A stretch of DNA of 28,544 bases from Desulfitobacteriaceae bacterium (GTDB lineage: Bacteria > Bacillota > Desulfitobacteriia > Desulfitobacteriales > Desulfitobacteriaceae). Within the stretch, counting starts at the first letter, position 1. The number at the start of each line of letters is the position of its first letter. The translations under genes were made by a program, and so were the position numbers. The DNA lies in contig DATMYJ010000225.1 in assembly GCA_035561015.1 (NCBI GenBank), positions 1-28,544 of the forward strand, written 5' to 3'. Positions 8,525-17,208 of this stretch are shown one piece after another. Below the pieces are notes generated by a model. It had not been told where the DNA came from and searched no databases. It worked only from the letters and a program-made list of their open reading frames with translations.

Positions 8525-9305
8525 CTCTCTCCCTCCCCCATTTATCCAATACCTCTTTAGCGGCAAGCTGTTCTGCTTCCTTCTTCGTACGGCCACAGCC
8601 CTTAGCCCTCAGCTTTCCGTCCAGAAAAACTCCCGCCGTAAAAAGCTTGCTGTGATCAGGACCCTCTTCCAATAAGATACGATAATTGACTTCACTTTCC
8701 TGCCGCTGAGCTTTCTCCTGCAGCATGGTCTTATAGTCGCCATAGTTACCCCGGGCTACTTCCTCTATCACAGGCTTTAATAAATCCAGAACAACCCGGC
8801 GGACTGCTTCCAGGCCGTATTGCAGATAGATAGCTCCCATGACAGCTTCCCAGGCATCAGCAAGGATAGAAGGCCGTTCCCTGCCCCCGGACACCTGTTC
8901 TCCCCGCCCTAACAAGAGCTCGTTTCCCAACTCTATTTCCTGAGCTATACGAGCCAATGTTGTTTCATTAACCACAGATGCCCGCATCTTGGTAAGCTCC
9001 CCTTCAGGACGGTCCGGATAACTCAAATATAAATACTCGGCAACAATAAAATCAAGGACGGCATCTCCCAGAAACTCCAGACGCTGATTGTTTTCCCGTC
9101 CTATCTGAGGGTTCTCGAACAAGTAAGAAGGATGGGTCAAGGCAACAGTCAGCAGTTCATTAGGTACTCCACCCAGCTCCAGTCGTTCTGCAAGACGAAA
9201 TCCGACTTTCTTCTTATGTCCGGAAGGCATGTTTTCCTTCGGCTTTTTATCTGAACTTTTTTTATTCGCTTTAACAGTACTTTTCCGGCGCTGATTCATC
9301 ACCAA
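8517..9305 (-). CDS. rnc: Ribonuclease III
   Basis: NQRLEFLGDAVL signature, ADAWEA and dsRBD (DYKTMLQE...GPDH...KKEAEQLAA). Start uncertain: TTG 9305, GTG 9302 or ATG 9299 after GAGGGAG. Confidence 0.93.
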   Translation of the reverse strand: MVMNQRRKSTVKANKKSSDKKPKENMPSGHKKKVGFRLAERLELGGVPNELLTVALTHPSYLFENPQIGRENNQRLEFLGDAVLDFIVAEYLYLSYPDRPEGELTKMRASVVNETTLARIAQEIELGNELLLGRGEQVSGGRERPSILADAWEAVMGAIYLQYGLEAVRRVVLDLLKPVIEEVARGNYGDYKTMLQEKAQRQESEVNYRILLEEGPDHSKLFTAGVFLDGKLRAKGCGRTKKEAEQLAAKEVLDKWGRERDG

Positions 9306-9324
9306 GACTTCTACTCCCTCATTT

Positions 9325-10563
9325 TCAGGCAAATTCCTGTATGATCAGGGTAGCATTGTGTCCGCCAAAACCGAGATTATTGGATAAAGCTACCTTAACC
9401 TGCTGCTTGCGAGCCTCATTGGGGACATAATCTAAATCACACTCAGGATCTGGTTCCTCGTAATTTATCGTCGGAGGTATAATACCCCGTTTAATAGCCA
9501 AGGTGCAGATGATTGCTTCTATCGCTCCGGCTGCCCCCATCAGATGACCTGTCATAGATTTGGTGGAACTGACAGGAATATTTTTGGCCCCTTCCCCAAA
9601 AACTAATTTAATCGCTGCCGTCTCCAGGGCATCATTGGCCTCGGTACCGGTCCCATGGGCATTGATATAAGAGACATCCTGCGGACTCAGATTAGCGTCC
9701 GCCAGAGCTTTGCGCATGGCCGAGGCTGCTCCGACTCCCCCTGGTGCCGGCATTGTAATATGGTAAGCATCCGAGGAACTCCCGTAGCCAACGAGTTCAG
9801 CATAAATATGGGCTCCCCGGGCCTGGGCATGTTCCAAAGATTCCAAAACCAAAATCCCGGCCCCTTCACTCATAACAAAACCGCTCCGGCGTTTGTCAAA
9901 AGGCCGGCAGGCCTGAGAATATTTTTCTTTTTCAGTCGACATGGCTTTGATGGCGCAGAAACCGGCAAAAGCCAATTCTGTTAAAGGCGCTTCTGTCCCC
10001 CCGCTGAGAACAAGATCAGTTTCCCCGCTCTGAATCAGGCGCATAGCTTCACCAACAGCATTGGCTGATGAAGCACAGGCCGTAACTATGGTTAAACTCG
10101 GCCCTTTCAGGCCAAAGGTAATAGACAGATAGCCTGCAGCCATATTACTGATCAGGTTAGTGATAAAAAACGGACTGATTCTGTTGGGGCCCTTATTGAT
10201 TAAAACCTCTTTTTGTTCTTCAAAAGTGATTACCCCGCCGATTCCGCAGCCCATGACCACACCCGCCCGTTCCTGATCTATTTTTTCCAGATCAAGCCCG
10301 GCATCCTGAACTGCCATTTTTGCGGCAGCAATGGCCAGCTGTACAAATCTGTCCATCCGCCGGCTCTCCTTTTTATCGATCCATTTCCCGGGATCAAAAT
10401 CGTTAATCTCGCCGGCTACTTTTGACGGCAGCGTACTGACATCAAAGCGGGTTACAGCGCCATAGCCTGCCTTGCCCCCGACAATATTATCCCATAAGAC
10501 ATCTATCTCATTGCCAACTGGAGAAACAGCTCCTAATCCGGTTATAACTACACGTTTTTTCAT
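9325..10563 (-). CDS. fabF: 3-oxoacyl-ACP synthase II
   Basis: RVVITGLG N-terminus, catalytic TACAS Cys, NAHGTGT, GHLMGAAG and NNLGFGGHN; ATG 10563 after GGGGGGAAG. Confidence 0.96.
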   Translation of the reverse strand: MKKRVVITGLGAVSPVGNEIDVLWDNIVGGKAGYGAVTRFDVSTLPSKVAGEINDFDPGKWIDKKESRRMDRFVQLAIAAAKMAVQDAGLDLEKIDQERAGVVMGCGIGGVITFEEQKEVLINKGPNRISPFFITNLISNMAAGYLSITFGLKGPSLTIVTACASSANAVGEAMRLIQSGETDLVLSGGTEAPLTELAFAGFCAIKAMSTEKEKYSQACRPFDKRRSGFVMSEGAGILVLESLEHAQARGAHIYAELVGYGSSSDAYHITMPAPGGVGAASAMRKALADANLSPQDVSYINAHGTGTEANDALETAAIKLVFGEGAKNIPVSSTKSMTGHLMGAAGAIEAIICTLAIKRGIIPPTINYEEPDPECDLDYVPNEARKQQVKVALSNNLGFGGHNATLIIQEFA

Positions 10564-10582
10564 GGATAAATCTTCCCCCCTT

Positions 10583-11536
10583 TTATGATTGGAGTATTCC
10601 TGTTTTAATATTTTCAAAAATTTGATGTACCGAAAGAATTTCCTTCACTTTATAAAACTTGGAACCTATAAAAATCAAGCCGTTTTGAACATCTCCCTGC
10701 TGCGCCATGAGTAAACGCGAAATAATACAAAAGTTTTCTTTGCAATTTTTCAAACATTTGATACAGCGTGTCGGTTTGATAGCTTCATTATTTTCGTTAT
10801 TTTCCAGCGTACGTGTGAAGTCGTTCACAATCGCCCGGCCGGGCATCCCCACCGGGCTGTGCACAAAAACAGTATTTTCTTCCCTGGCATCCAGTAAATA
10901 CTGTTTAAAAGCCCGGGCAGCATTACATTCTTCACTCAGGGCAAAGCGGGTTCCCATCTGAACTCCGGCAGCCCCCATTTTTAGAATCTCAGCCACATCA
11001 AAACCATCTATTACTCCGCCCGCTCCGATCACAGGAATACTGACCGCTGCCAAAACCTCCGGCAATATCTCTTTCATGGGCCGGTCTGTACCCAAATGCC
11101 CGCCGGCTTCACACCCCTCAACAATAATCGCCGCTGCCCCCAGTTTTTCCGAAAGCCTGGCTAATTTTGCGGTGGAAACAATGGGCACAACCGGGGTATT
11201 TGCTTCCTTGCCCCAAGTGAACATATCCCTGGAAAATCCGGCTCCCGATATCAAAAGATCGATCTTCTCTTCGAAGGAAGCTCGAGCCAATTGCGCGAAT
11301 TCCCGCACAGCAAACATAATATTGACTCCGATAATCCCTTTAGTGCGTCTACGCGCTTCCTGAATTTCGGCTCTCAATTCAGCAACAGTCAAGCCGCTGC
11401 CCGCGATAATTCCAATACCACCTTCTTCAGCTACAGCCGCCGCTAAAGAAGCAGTGGAAACTTTTACAGCCATTCCACCTTGAATAACCGGAATTTTAGC
11501 TACCAAATTCCCAATATGGAGCTCGGGTATTTTCAC
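10583..11536 (-). CDS. FabK/nitronate-monooxygenase-fold flavoprotein with C-terminal 4-Cys motif (FabX/UfaA-like)
   Basis: IQGGMAV, VEGCEAGGHLG, AGGV.DG, GVQMGTRF, SPVGMPGRAI, CIKCLKNCKENFC; GTG start with GGAGG. Confidence 0.85.
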   Translation of the reverse strand: MKIPELHIGNLVAKIPVIQGGMAVKVSTASLAAAVAEEGGIGIIAGSGLTVAELRAEIQEARRRTKGIIGVNIMFAVREFAQLARASFEEKIDLLISGAGFSRDMFTWGKEANTPVVPIVSTAKLARLSEKLGAAAIIVEGCEAGGHLGTDRPMKEILPEVLAAVSIPVIGAGGVIDGFDVAEILKMGAAGVQMGTRFALSEECNAARAFKQYLLDAREENTVFVHSPVGMPGRAIVNDFTRTLENNENNEAIKPTRCIKCLKNCKENFCIISRLLMAQQGDVQNGLIFIGSKFYKVKEILSVHQIFENIKTGILQS

Positions 11537-11556
11537 TATTTTTCCTCCTGACTAGT

Positions 11557-11598
11557 TCAGAAATCAAAGACCAGAGGCCCAATGCCAGAGATCAGATA
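11557..11598. repeat. Six degenerate heptamer units upstream of the FabX-like gene
   Basis: Plus strand tcagaaa-tcaaaga-ccagagg-cccaatg-ccagaga-tcagata. Confidence 0.55.
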
Positions 11599-11679
11599 TT
11601 TTTTAATTCAGAGTATTTTCCCATCTTGCTTATATAAACTCTCTCCCGCTCCTCAGAGCGACAGAGCCGGTTATGTTCT

Positions 11680-11712
11680 TAAAAGAAAGCCCCGCAGAAG
11701 ACTACGGGACCT
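11680..11712 (-). terminator. Intrinsic terminator after acpP
   Basis: Minus strand GGTCCCGTAG-TCTT-CTGCGGGGCT stem (with G-U pairs) followed by TTCTTTT. Confidence 0.75.
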
Positions 11713-11727
11713 TGCGCGAATTGAAAA

Positions 11728-11955
11728 CTACTTGTTCTCTTTAATATAGCTTACTGCATCACCAACAGTCCGAATTTTCTCAGCTTCCTCATCCGGAATA
11801 TCCAAATCAAATTCCTCTTCTAAAGCCATAATAAGTTCGACAATATCCAATGAATCAGCATTTAACTCTTCAAAAGTTGTCTCAAGGGTTACATCCCCTT
11901 CATCCACCCCAAGTTGATCAATAACAATGGACTTCACTTTGTCAAAAACTACCAT
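11728..11955 (-). CDS. acpP: Acyl carrier protein
   Basis: 75 aa, acidic, [11 protein letters not shown] phosphopantetheine Ser motif; RBS AGGAGGTG. Confidence 0.97.
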   Translation of the reverse strand: MVVFDKVKSIVIDQLGVDEGDVTLETTFEELNADSLDIVELIMALEEEFDLDIPDEEAEKIRTVGDAVSYIKENK

Positions 11956-12002
11956 GTTGCAGCTTCACCTCCTCTCACCAACAGTATGCATCTTCCACAG
12001 TT

Positions 12003-12746
12003 TTACATCGCCATGCCTCCATCAACTGACAAGGTTTGTCCGGTCATATAAGATGCCGCTGGAGAAACCAGGAAAAGAACTGCCTTGGCCACATCTTCTG
12101 CACTGCCTATTCGTCCCAAAGGAATTCCCTTGATGAATTCCTTTTTTACTTCCTCAGGTAACTTTGCTGTCATATCGGTGGCAATATACCCCGGAGCAAC
12201 AGCATTGACCCGAACTCCTCTGGAAGCCAGCTCCTTAGCCATTGATTTTGTAAAGCCGATAATACCCGCTTTGGCAGCAGCATAATTGGCTTGTCCTGCA
12301 TTACCCATGATACCCACAACTGAAGCAATATTGACGATCGCCCCGGAGCGCTGTTTCAGCATTCCTTTGCTTACTGCTTTAGTACAAAGAAATACACTTT
12401 TAAGATTGATATTCATAACAGTATCCCAGTCTGCTTCCTTCATCCGCATAAGCAGATTATCCCTGGCGATACCGGCATTATTCACTAAGATATCGATTTT
12501 CCCGTACTCCTGAATCACAGTACTGACAAGTCTATCGACTTCACTGGCCTGACTGATATCAGCCTGAACAACCATCGCCCTGCCGCCGGCTGCTGTAATC
12601 TCCTGGACAGTTTCTTCGGCTTTGTCCAGATTGCCGATATCATTGATAACCACTGTGGCTCCAGCAGCTGCTAACTCCAAGACAATAGCTTTACCGATTC
12701 CCCGCGCAGCACCGGTTACTACTGCAACTCTTCCATCAAGCATCAT
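12003..12746 (-). CDS. fabG: 3-oxoacyl-ACP reductase
   Basis: TGAARGIG, NNAGI, YAAAK and NAVAPG SDR motifs; located between fabD and acpP. Confidence 0.96.
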   Translation of the reverse strand: MMLDGRVAVVTGAARGIGKAIVLELAAAGATVVINDIGNLDKAEETVQEITAAGGRAMVVQADISQASEVDRLVSTVIQEYGKIDILVNNAGIARDNLLMRMKEADWDTVMNINLKSVFLCTKAVSKGMLKQRSGAIVNIASVVGIMGNAGQANYAAAKAGIIGFTKSMAKELASRGVRVNAVAPGYIATDMTAKLPEEVKKEFIKGIPLGRIGSAEDVAKAVLFLVSPAASYMTGQTLSVDGGMAM

Positions 12747-12747
12747 T

Positions 12748-13686
12748 TTAACTACTCTCCTTTAAATATGCAAGTGACTTTTCCAGAGAGGCAAAATCCC
12801 CAACCTGCAGGATTGCAGCCTCCGGAACTATTTTCTTGATCAATCCGCTTAAAGCCTTCCCCGGACCACATTCCACAAAAATATCAACACCCTGGGCTGC
12901 CAAATAACGAATCGATTGTTCCCAGAGCACAGCTCCGCTTACCTGCTGCACCAAAGATTCAATGGCCCTTTCCGGATCCAGGACTTCCCGAGCATCGATA
13001 TTAGCTATCACCGGACAAGATGGCTTCTGCCAAGCTGCTTCATGCAAAACCTTACTCAGCTCCTGGGCAGCACTCCTCATCAGGACAGAGTGAAAAGGTC
13101 CGCTGACAGATAAAGCCACAGCACGCTTAGCACCCAGCTTTTTGGCCTCCTCCATGGCTTTGGCCACAGCCTCTGTCTGGCCGGAAATAACGATTTGACC
13201 AGGACAGTTATAATTTGCCGGCTCTACTGCACCGCTCGCCGCAGCCCGGCCGCAGGCTTCTTCAACCTTGACTGCTTCCAAACCCAGGATTGCGGCCATG
13301 CTTCCCTGACCGACCGGAACAGCCACCTGCATTAGTTCCCCCCGACGGCGTACCACCCTCAGGGCATCCTCAAGTCCAAGACTTCCTGCCGCAACATGGG
13401 CCGAATACTCTCCCAAGCTATGACCGGCATGGTAATCGGCTTTAATACCGGCTGCCTGCAGCTGACACCAGGCAGCAATACTCACCAGCAAGATTGCCGG
13501 CTGAGTATTGGCTGTAAGCTGCAGCTCTTCCTCGGGGCCATATTCTATAACCTTTAAAAAATCTTCTCCCAGAACTTTCCGCCCTGCAGCATAAACATTC
13601 TGTCCGCAATCTGTTGTGAAAAGCTCCTTGCCCATTCCCACATACTGGGATCCCTGACCAGGGAATACAAACGCTAATTTGCCCAT
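12748..13686 (-). CDS. fabD: Malonyl-CoA:ACP transacylase
   Basis: FPGQGSQ, TQPA, GHSLGE, ANYNCPGQ and SGPFHS motifs. Confidence 0.97.
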   Translation of the reverse strand: MGKLAFVFPGQGSQYVGMGKELFTTDCGQNVYAAGRKVLGEDFLKVIEYGPEEELQLTANTQPAILLVSIAAWCQLQAAGIKADYHAGHSLGEYSAHVAAGSLGLEDALRVVRRRGELMQVAVPVGQGSMAAILGLEAVKVEEACGRAAASGAVEPANYNCPGQIVISGQTEAVAKAMEEAKKLGAKRAVALSVSGPFHSVLMRSAAQELSKVLHEAAWQKPSCPVIANIDAREVLDPERAIESLVQQVSGAVLWEQSIRYLAAQGVDIFVECGPGKALSGLIKKIVPEAAILQVGDFASLEKSLAYLKESS

Positions 13687-13871
13687 TCAGTAATTCCTCA
13701 CTTTCTAAGGCTTGATTATCATTCTCCGGTTGAGCCGGTTTAATCTGTCCTAAAAATACCATTACGGCAGATATAGTGTTCGTTCATTAATTGCCATTAT
13801 TTTTTTTTGCTAACGCATCAGCAACTATTCAGGTCTGTTTCTCACTACAAAAGCTCTTAAAGGAACGGTGA

Positions 13872-14825
13872 TCAGCATTGATCCTGAAAATAAGCGGATA
13901 GCCTGATCCATTCCAATTCAGCCGTTTCCATTACATTCCGCAAAATATCGGCAGCAGGTTCGATGCGTTTAACAGCACCGGCAATCTGACCTGCCATAAC
14001 AGAGCCATTGGTAATGTCACCTTCCACCATAGCCAACTGTAATCTGCCGACACCCATTTTTTCCAATTCAGCTGCCCCTGCCCCTTCACGTTCACAACGG
14101 GAAAATTCCCGTATAAAACGATTATCCAGACAGCGCACCGGGTGTCCTGTGGTATAACCGGTGACCACCGTATCACGATCTTTAGCCTTCAGAATGGCTT
14201 CTTTAACCACCAGGGGAATTTTACACTCGGCGGCACACATGAAACGTGTTCCCATCTGGACACCTGTGGCTCCCAGGGAAAGAGCCGCAATCAGACCACG
14301 CCCGTCAAAAATTCCTCCGGCAGCAATCACTGGTATTTTAACAGCATCAACAACCTGGGGTACCAAAGGAAAGGTGCTGATTTCGCCTACATGCCCTCCT
14401 GATTCCATCCCCTCGGCTATCAGGGCATCTACCCCGGCTTTCTCCAAACGCTTGGCCAACGCTACCGAGGCTACAACAGGAATTACTTTCGTGCCGACAT
14501 CTTTTAACCTTGGCACATATTTACCCGGGTTGCCGGCACCTGTTGTAATTACCGGCACCTTTTCTCTGATGATTATGCTCATGATTTCCTCGAGATAAGG
14601 CGACAATAACATAATATTGACCCCGAAAGGTTTGCGGGTTACTTCTTTCAGCTTGTAAATTTCGTTCTCCAACCAATCTGGCGGTGCCTGGCCGGCAGCG
14701 ATAATTCCCAACCCTCCGCCTTCAGATACTGCTGCTGCCAATTCACCGGTTGCTACCCAGGCCATTCCACCTTGAAAAATTGGATATTCAATCCCTAAGA
14801 GATCGCAAATTTCCGTTTTAATCAT
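13872..14825 (-). CDS. fabK: Enoyl-ACP reductase II (FMN)
   Basis: IFQGGMAWVA, GVNIMLLSP, TGAGNPG, EGMESGGHVG, TGHPVR and MAGQIAG; ATG 14825 overlaps the fabH TGA; no C-terminal Cys cluster. Confidence 0.92.
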   Translation of the reverse strand: MIKTEICDLLGIEYPIFQGGMAWVATGELAAAVSEGGGLGIIAAGQAPPDWLENEIYKLKEVTRKPFGVNIMLLSPYLEEIMSIIIREKVPVITTGAGNPGKYVPRLKDVGTKVIPVVASVALAKRLEKAGVDALIAEGMESGGHVGEISTFPLVPQVVDAVKIPVIAAGGIFDGRGLIAALSLGATGVQMGTRFMCAAECKIPLVVKEAILKAKDRDTVVTGYTTGHPVRCLDNRFIREFSRCEREGAGAAELEKMGVGRLQLAMVEGDITNGSVMAGQIAGAVKRIEPAADILRNVMETAELEWIRLSAYFQDQC

Positions 14826-15823
14826 TCCAGCGCTCCTCTCACTGCCCATTTCAGGACGGCAGCACCCCAGGTTAAACCTGCCCCAAAACCTACCATAACC
14901 AATATATCTCCCTGGGCAATTCTTCCGGTCTTAACCGCTTCATCCAAAGCCACAGGAATAGAAGCTGCCGACATATTACCATAGCGATCCAAATTTAGTA
15001 CAACTTTATCCGGAGATATCCCCAAACGTCTTATGGCAGCATCTACAATCCGAAGGTTAGCCTGATGCGGTATCAATAAATCAATGTCTTTTTTTGTTAA
15101 ACCCGCTCGTTCCAGAGCTCTTATTGCGGTTTCCCCCATAATTTTCACAGCAAATTTGAAGACCTCTCTCCCCACCATATGAATGGTATTCAATTTTTGG
15201 GTCAAAGTCTCAACCGTAGCCGGCGTTTTTAAACCGCCGGCCGGCACATATAACAATTCAGCTCCGGAACCGTCGGAACCCAATTCAAAGCTCAAAAAAC
15301 CGTAACCTTCCTCAACCGGCTGCAGAACAGCAGCCCCGGCACCGTCTCCGAAAAGAACACTGGTGTTGCGATCTTCCCAGTTAACTAATTTTGTCAAAGC
15401 ATCTGCGCCGATAACCAAAACATTGTGGTATAAACCAGTAGCAATAAATTGGCTGGCGACAGTCAGCCCGTAAATAAACCCGGTACATCCGGCTCCCAAA
15501 TCAAAGGCTGCAGCCTTTTTAGCCCCTAAACGATTAGCTACCAGACAAGCAGTGGCGGGAAAAATATAGTCCGGAGTAATAGTCGCCACAATTACCAAAT
15601 CCAGTTCTGCCGGAGTAATCCGGGCAGCATCCAGAGCCAGAACTGCAGCCTGGTAACACAGTTCGGAGACAGGGGTATCCTGGCCGGCAATACGGCGCTC
15701 CCTGATCCCTGTACGATTAACTATCCATTCATCGCTGGTATCAACGATTTTTTCCAAATCCGTATTAGTTAACACGTCCTCTGGAACATAAGAACCGGTA
15801 CCGACAATTCCGACTTGGTACAT
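14822..15823 (-). CDS. fabH: 3-oxoacyl-ACP synthase III
   Basis: Cys-His-Asn triad in AGCTGF, PHQAN and YGNMSAAS; RTGIRERR; GFGAGLTWG. Confidence 0.96.
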   Translation of the reverse strand: MYQVGIVGTGSYVPEDVLTNTDLEKIVDTSDEWIVNRTGIRERRIAGQDTPVSELCYQAAVLALDAARITPAELDLVIVATITPDYIFPATACLVANRLGAKKAAAFDLGAGCTGFIYGLTVASQFIATGLYHNVLVIGADALTKLVNWEDRNTSVLFGDGAGAAVLQPVEEGYGFLSFELGSDGSGAELLYVPAGGLKTPATVETLTQKLNTIHMVGREVFKFAVKIMGETAIRALERAGLTKKDIDLLIPHQANLRIVDAAIRRLGISPDKVVLNLDRYGNMSAASIPVALDEAVKTGRIAQGDILVMVGFGAGLTWGAAVLKWAVRGALE

Positions 15824-15870
15824 AATTCATAAACCTCTTTCTGCCTCAACTCTTTGTATTCGTGCCGTAT

Positions 15871-15963
15871 CGGAAATCAGAAATCCAGGGACAGAGTTCT
15901 AAAGCAAGTGCTGTTTGTCTAAGCCTTGATAATCAGATCCTGACTTTCAGTTTCTGTCTCCGC
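15871..15963. repeat. Two inverted degenerate heptamer arrays (plsX-fabH gap)
   Basis: Plus strand cggaaat-cagaaat-ccaggga-cagagtt; minus strand gcggaga-cagaaac-tgaaagt-caggatc-tgattat-caaggct. Confidence 0.55.
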
Positions 15964-16953
15964 TCACTGGTTTGTAAAATCCATTCCCAATTGTTCAGTT
16001 ATTCGAACAGAGATACATTCCTTGGCCACACGAATAGCATTTATTATGGCCTTTTCCTTGGAACTCCCGTGACAAACAATGCTGATGCCATTCACCCCCA
16101 GCAGAGGTGCCCCGCCGGTTTCGGCGTAATCTATGGTCTGTACTATTTCCTTCATAGCAGGTTTGACTAATAAGGCCCCTAATCTGCGCAGTTTAGTAGC
16201 AGTCATTTTTTCCTTGATCAATTCCATTATTAATACTGCTACTCCTTCCGCTGTTTTTAGCAATACATTACCGGCAAATCCGTCACACACAATTACATCG
16301 GCCCGTCCGAAGGGAATATCCCGGCCTTCAATATTTCCGATAAAATTCAGCGGCGTTTCTTTCAGGTACTTGTAACTTGTCTGAGTGAGTTCATTGCCTT
16401 TTCCTTCTTCGCTGCCAACGTTCAGAAGTCCTACTTTGGGTTGATAAATTCCTAAAATTTTCTCGGCATAGATACTGCCCATATAGGCGTATTGTATTAA
16501 ATGTTCCGGTTTGGCATCCAGATTGGCTCCCACATCAAGAATAAGTTTTCCCCCTTCCAGAGTGGGCATAATCGCCGCTATAGCCGGACGCTCAATCCCC
16601 TTGAGCCGGCCCAGCCCTAATAAAGCTGCCGCCATCTGAGCTCCAGTGCTGCCTGCGCTTACCACTGCGTCAGCCAAACCCTCTTTAACCAGACGAGTGG
16701 CAACAACAATCGAGGCATCCTTTTTTTTACGAACTGCCTGCGCGGGAAACTCATCCATAGTTATCATCTCACTGGCTTCATGAAAAGATATTGAAGCAGG
16801 AAGCCGGACATTTGACAAATAAGGTTGTAAAAGTTCTTTTTTCCCAATAAGGATTAATTCCAGCTGGGGATAAGCAGCTGCGGCCTTTAGTGTGCCCTTG
16901 ACAATTTCTGCCGGAGCATAATCTCCCCCCATTGCATCTATCGCAATTTTCAT
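15964..16953 (-). CDS. plsX: Phosphate acyltransferase PlsX
   Basis: MKIAIDAMGGD start, SAGSTGA, LDVGAN, VGLLNVGSEEGKG, CDGFAGNVLLK and GGAPLLG; 329 aa from ATG 16953. The longer ORF-track start runs across the promoter. Confidence 0.96.
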   Translation of the reverse strand: MKIAIDAMGGDYAPAEIVKGTLKAAAAYPQLELILIGKKELLQPYLSNVRLPASISFHEASEMITMDEFPAQAVRKKKDASIVVATRLVKEGLADAVVSAGSTGAQMAAALLGLGRLKGIERPAIAAIMPTLEGGKLILDVGANLDAKPEHLIQYAYMGSIYAEKILGIYQPKVGLLNVGSEEGKGNELTQTSYKYLKETPLNFIGNIEGRDIPFGRADVIVCDGFAGNVLLKTAEGVAVLIMELIKEKMTATKLRRLGALLVKPAMKEIVQTIDYAETGGAPLLGVNGISIVCHGSSKEKAIINAIRVAKECISVRITEQLGMDFTNQ

Positions 16954-17012
16954 GGTAGCTGATTTTCCTCTCCCTTCACCCTTATCGGAGTATCTGGTAC
17001 ATCTAAATCCAC
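16950..17012 (-). CDS. Candidate 20-aa upstream ORF in the plsX leader (MDLDVPDTPIRVKGEENQLP)
   Basis: AGGAGGT at 17030-17024, 11 nt before GTG 17012; its TGA overlaps the plsX ATG (ATGA). No homology evidence. Confidence 0.35.
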   Translation of the reverse strand: MDLDVPDTPIRVKGEENQLP

Positions 17013-17112
17013 TAGACCGTAATACCTCCTTCCGGCTTACGGCTGAAATAATCTTGATCTGAAAGACAAAACAAACAATAAATTTCCATTTCTTTCTTGC
17101 AACTTGGTCACA

Positions 17113-17141
17113 ATTATAAGTCAAGCAACTTTCTTTTTCAA
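17113..17141 (-). promoter_or_regulatory. sigmaA promoter of the plsX-fab operon
   Basis: TTGAAA (17141-17136), 17-nt spacer, TATAAT (17118-17113), just after the rpmF terminator. Confidence 0.75.
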
Positions 17142-17170
17142 GCTGTATTCTGATCAAAACAGCCTTATGT

Positions 17171-17208
17171 AAATAAAACGGAACCCTCGTCAGAGGATTC
17201 CGTTTTTT
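17171..17208 (-). terminator. Intrinsic terminator after rpmF
   Basis: Minus strand AAAACGGAATCCTC-TGAC-GAGGGTTCCGTTTT followed by ATTT; T-tract also on the plus strand (possibly bidirectional). Confidence 0.85.

Noticed and set aside
10583-11536. Literal nitronate monooxygenase function
   Set aside because: Position inside the fab operon and the FabX-type Cys motif favour a lipid role.
13687-13871. Promoter or operator in the 185-nt fabK-fabD gap (contains a T9 tract)
   Set aside because: Only weak -35/-10 matches and no convincing palindrome; cannot support a call.
16954-17157. 68-aa N-terminal extension of PlsX in the ORF track
   Set aside because: Starts upstream of and spans the predicted sigmaA promoter; the conserved PlsX start is MKIAIDAMGGD.
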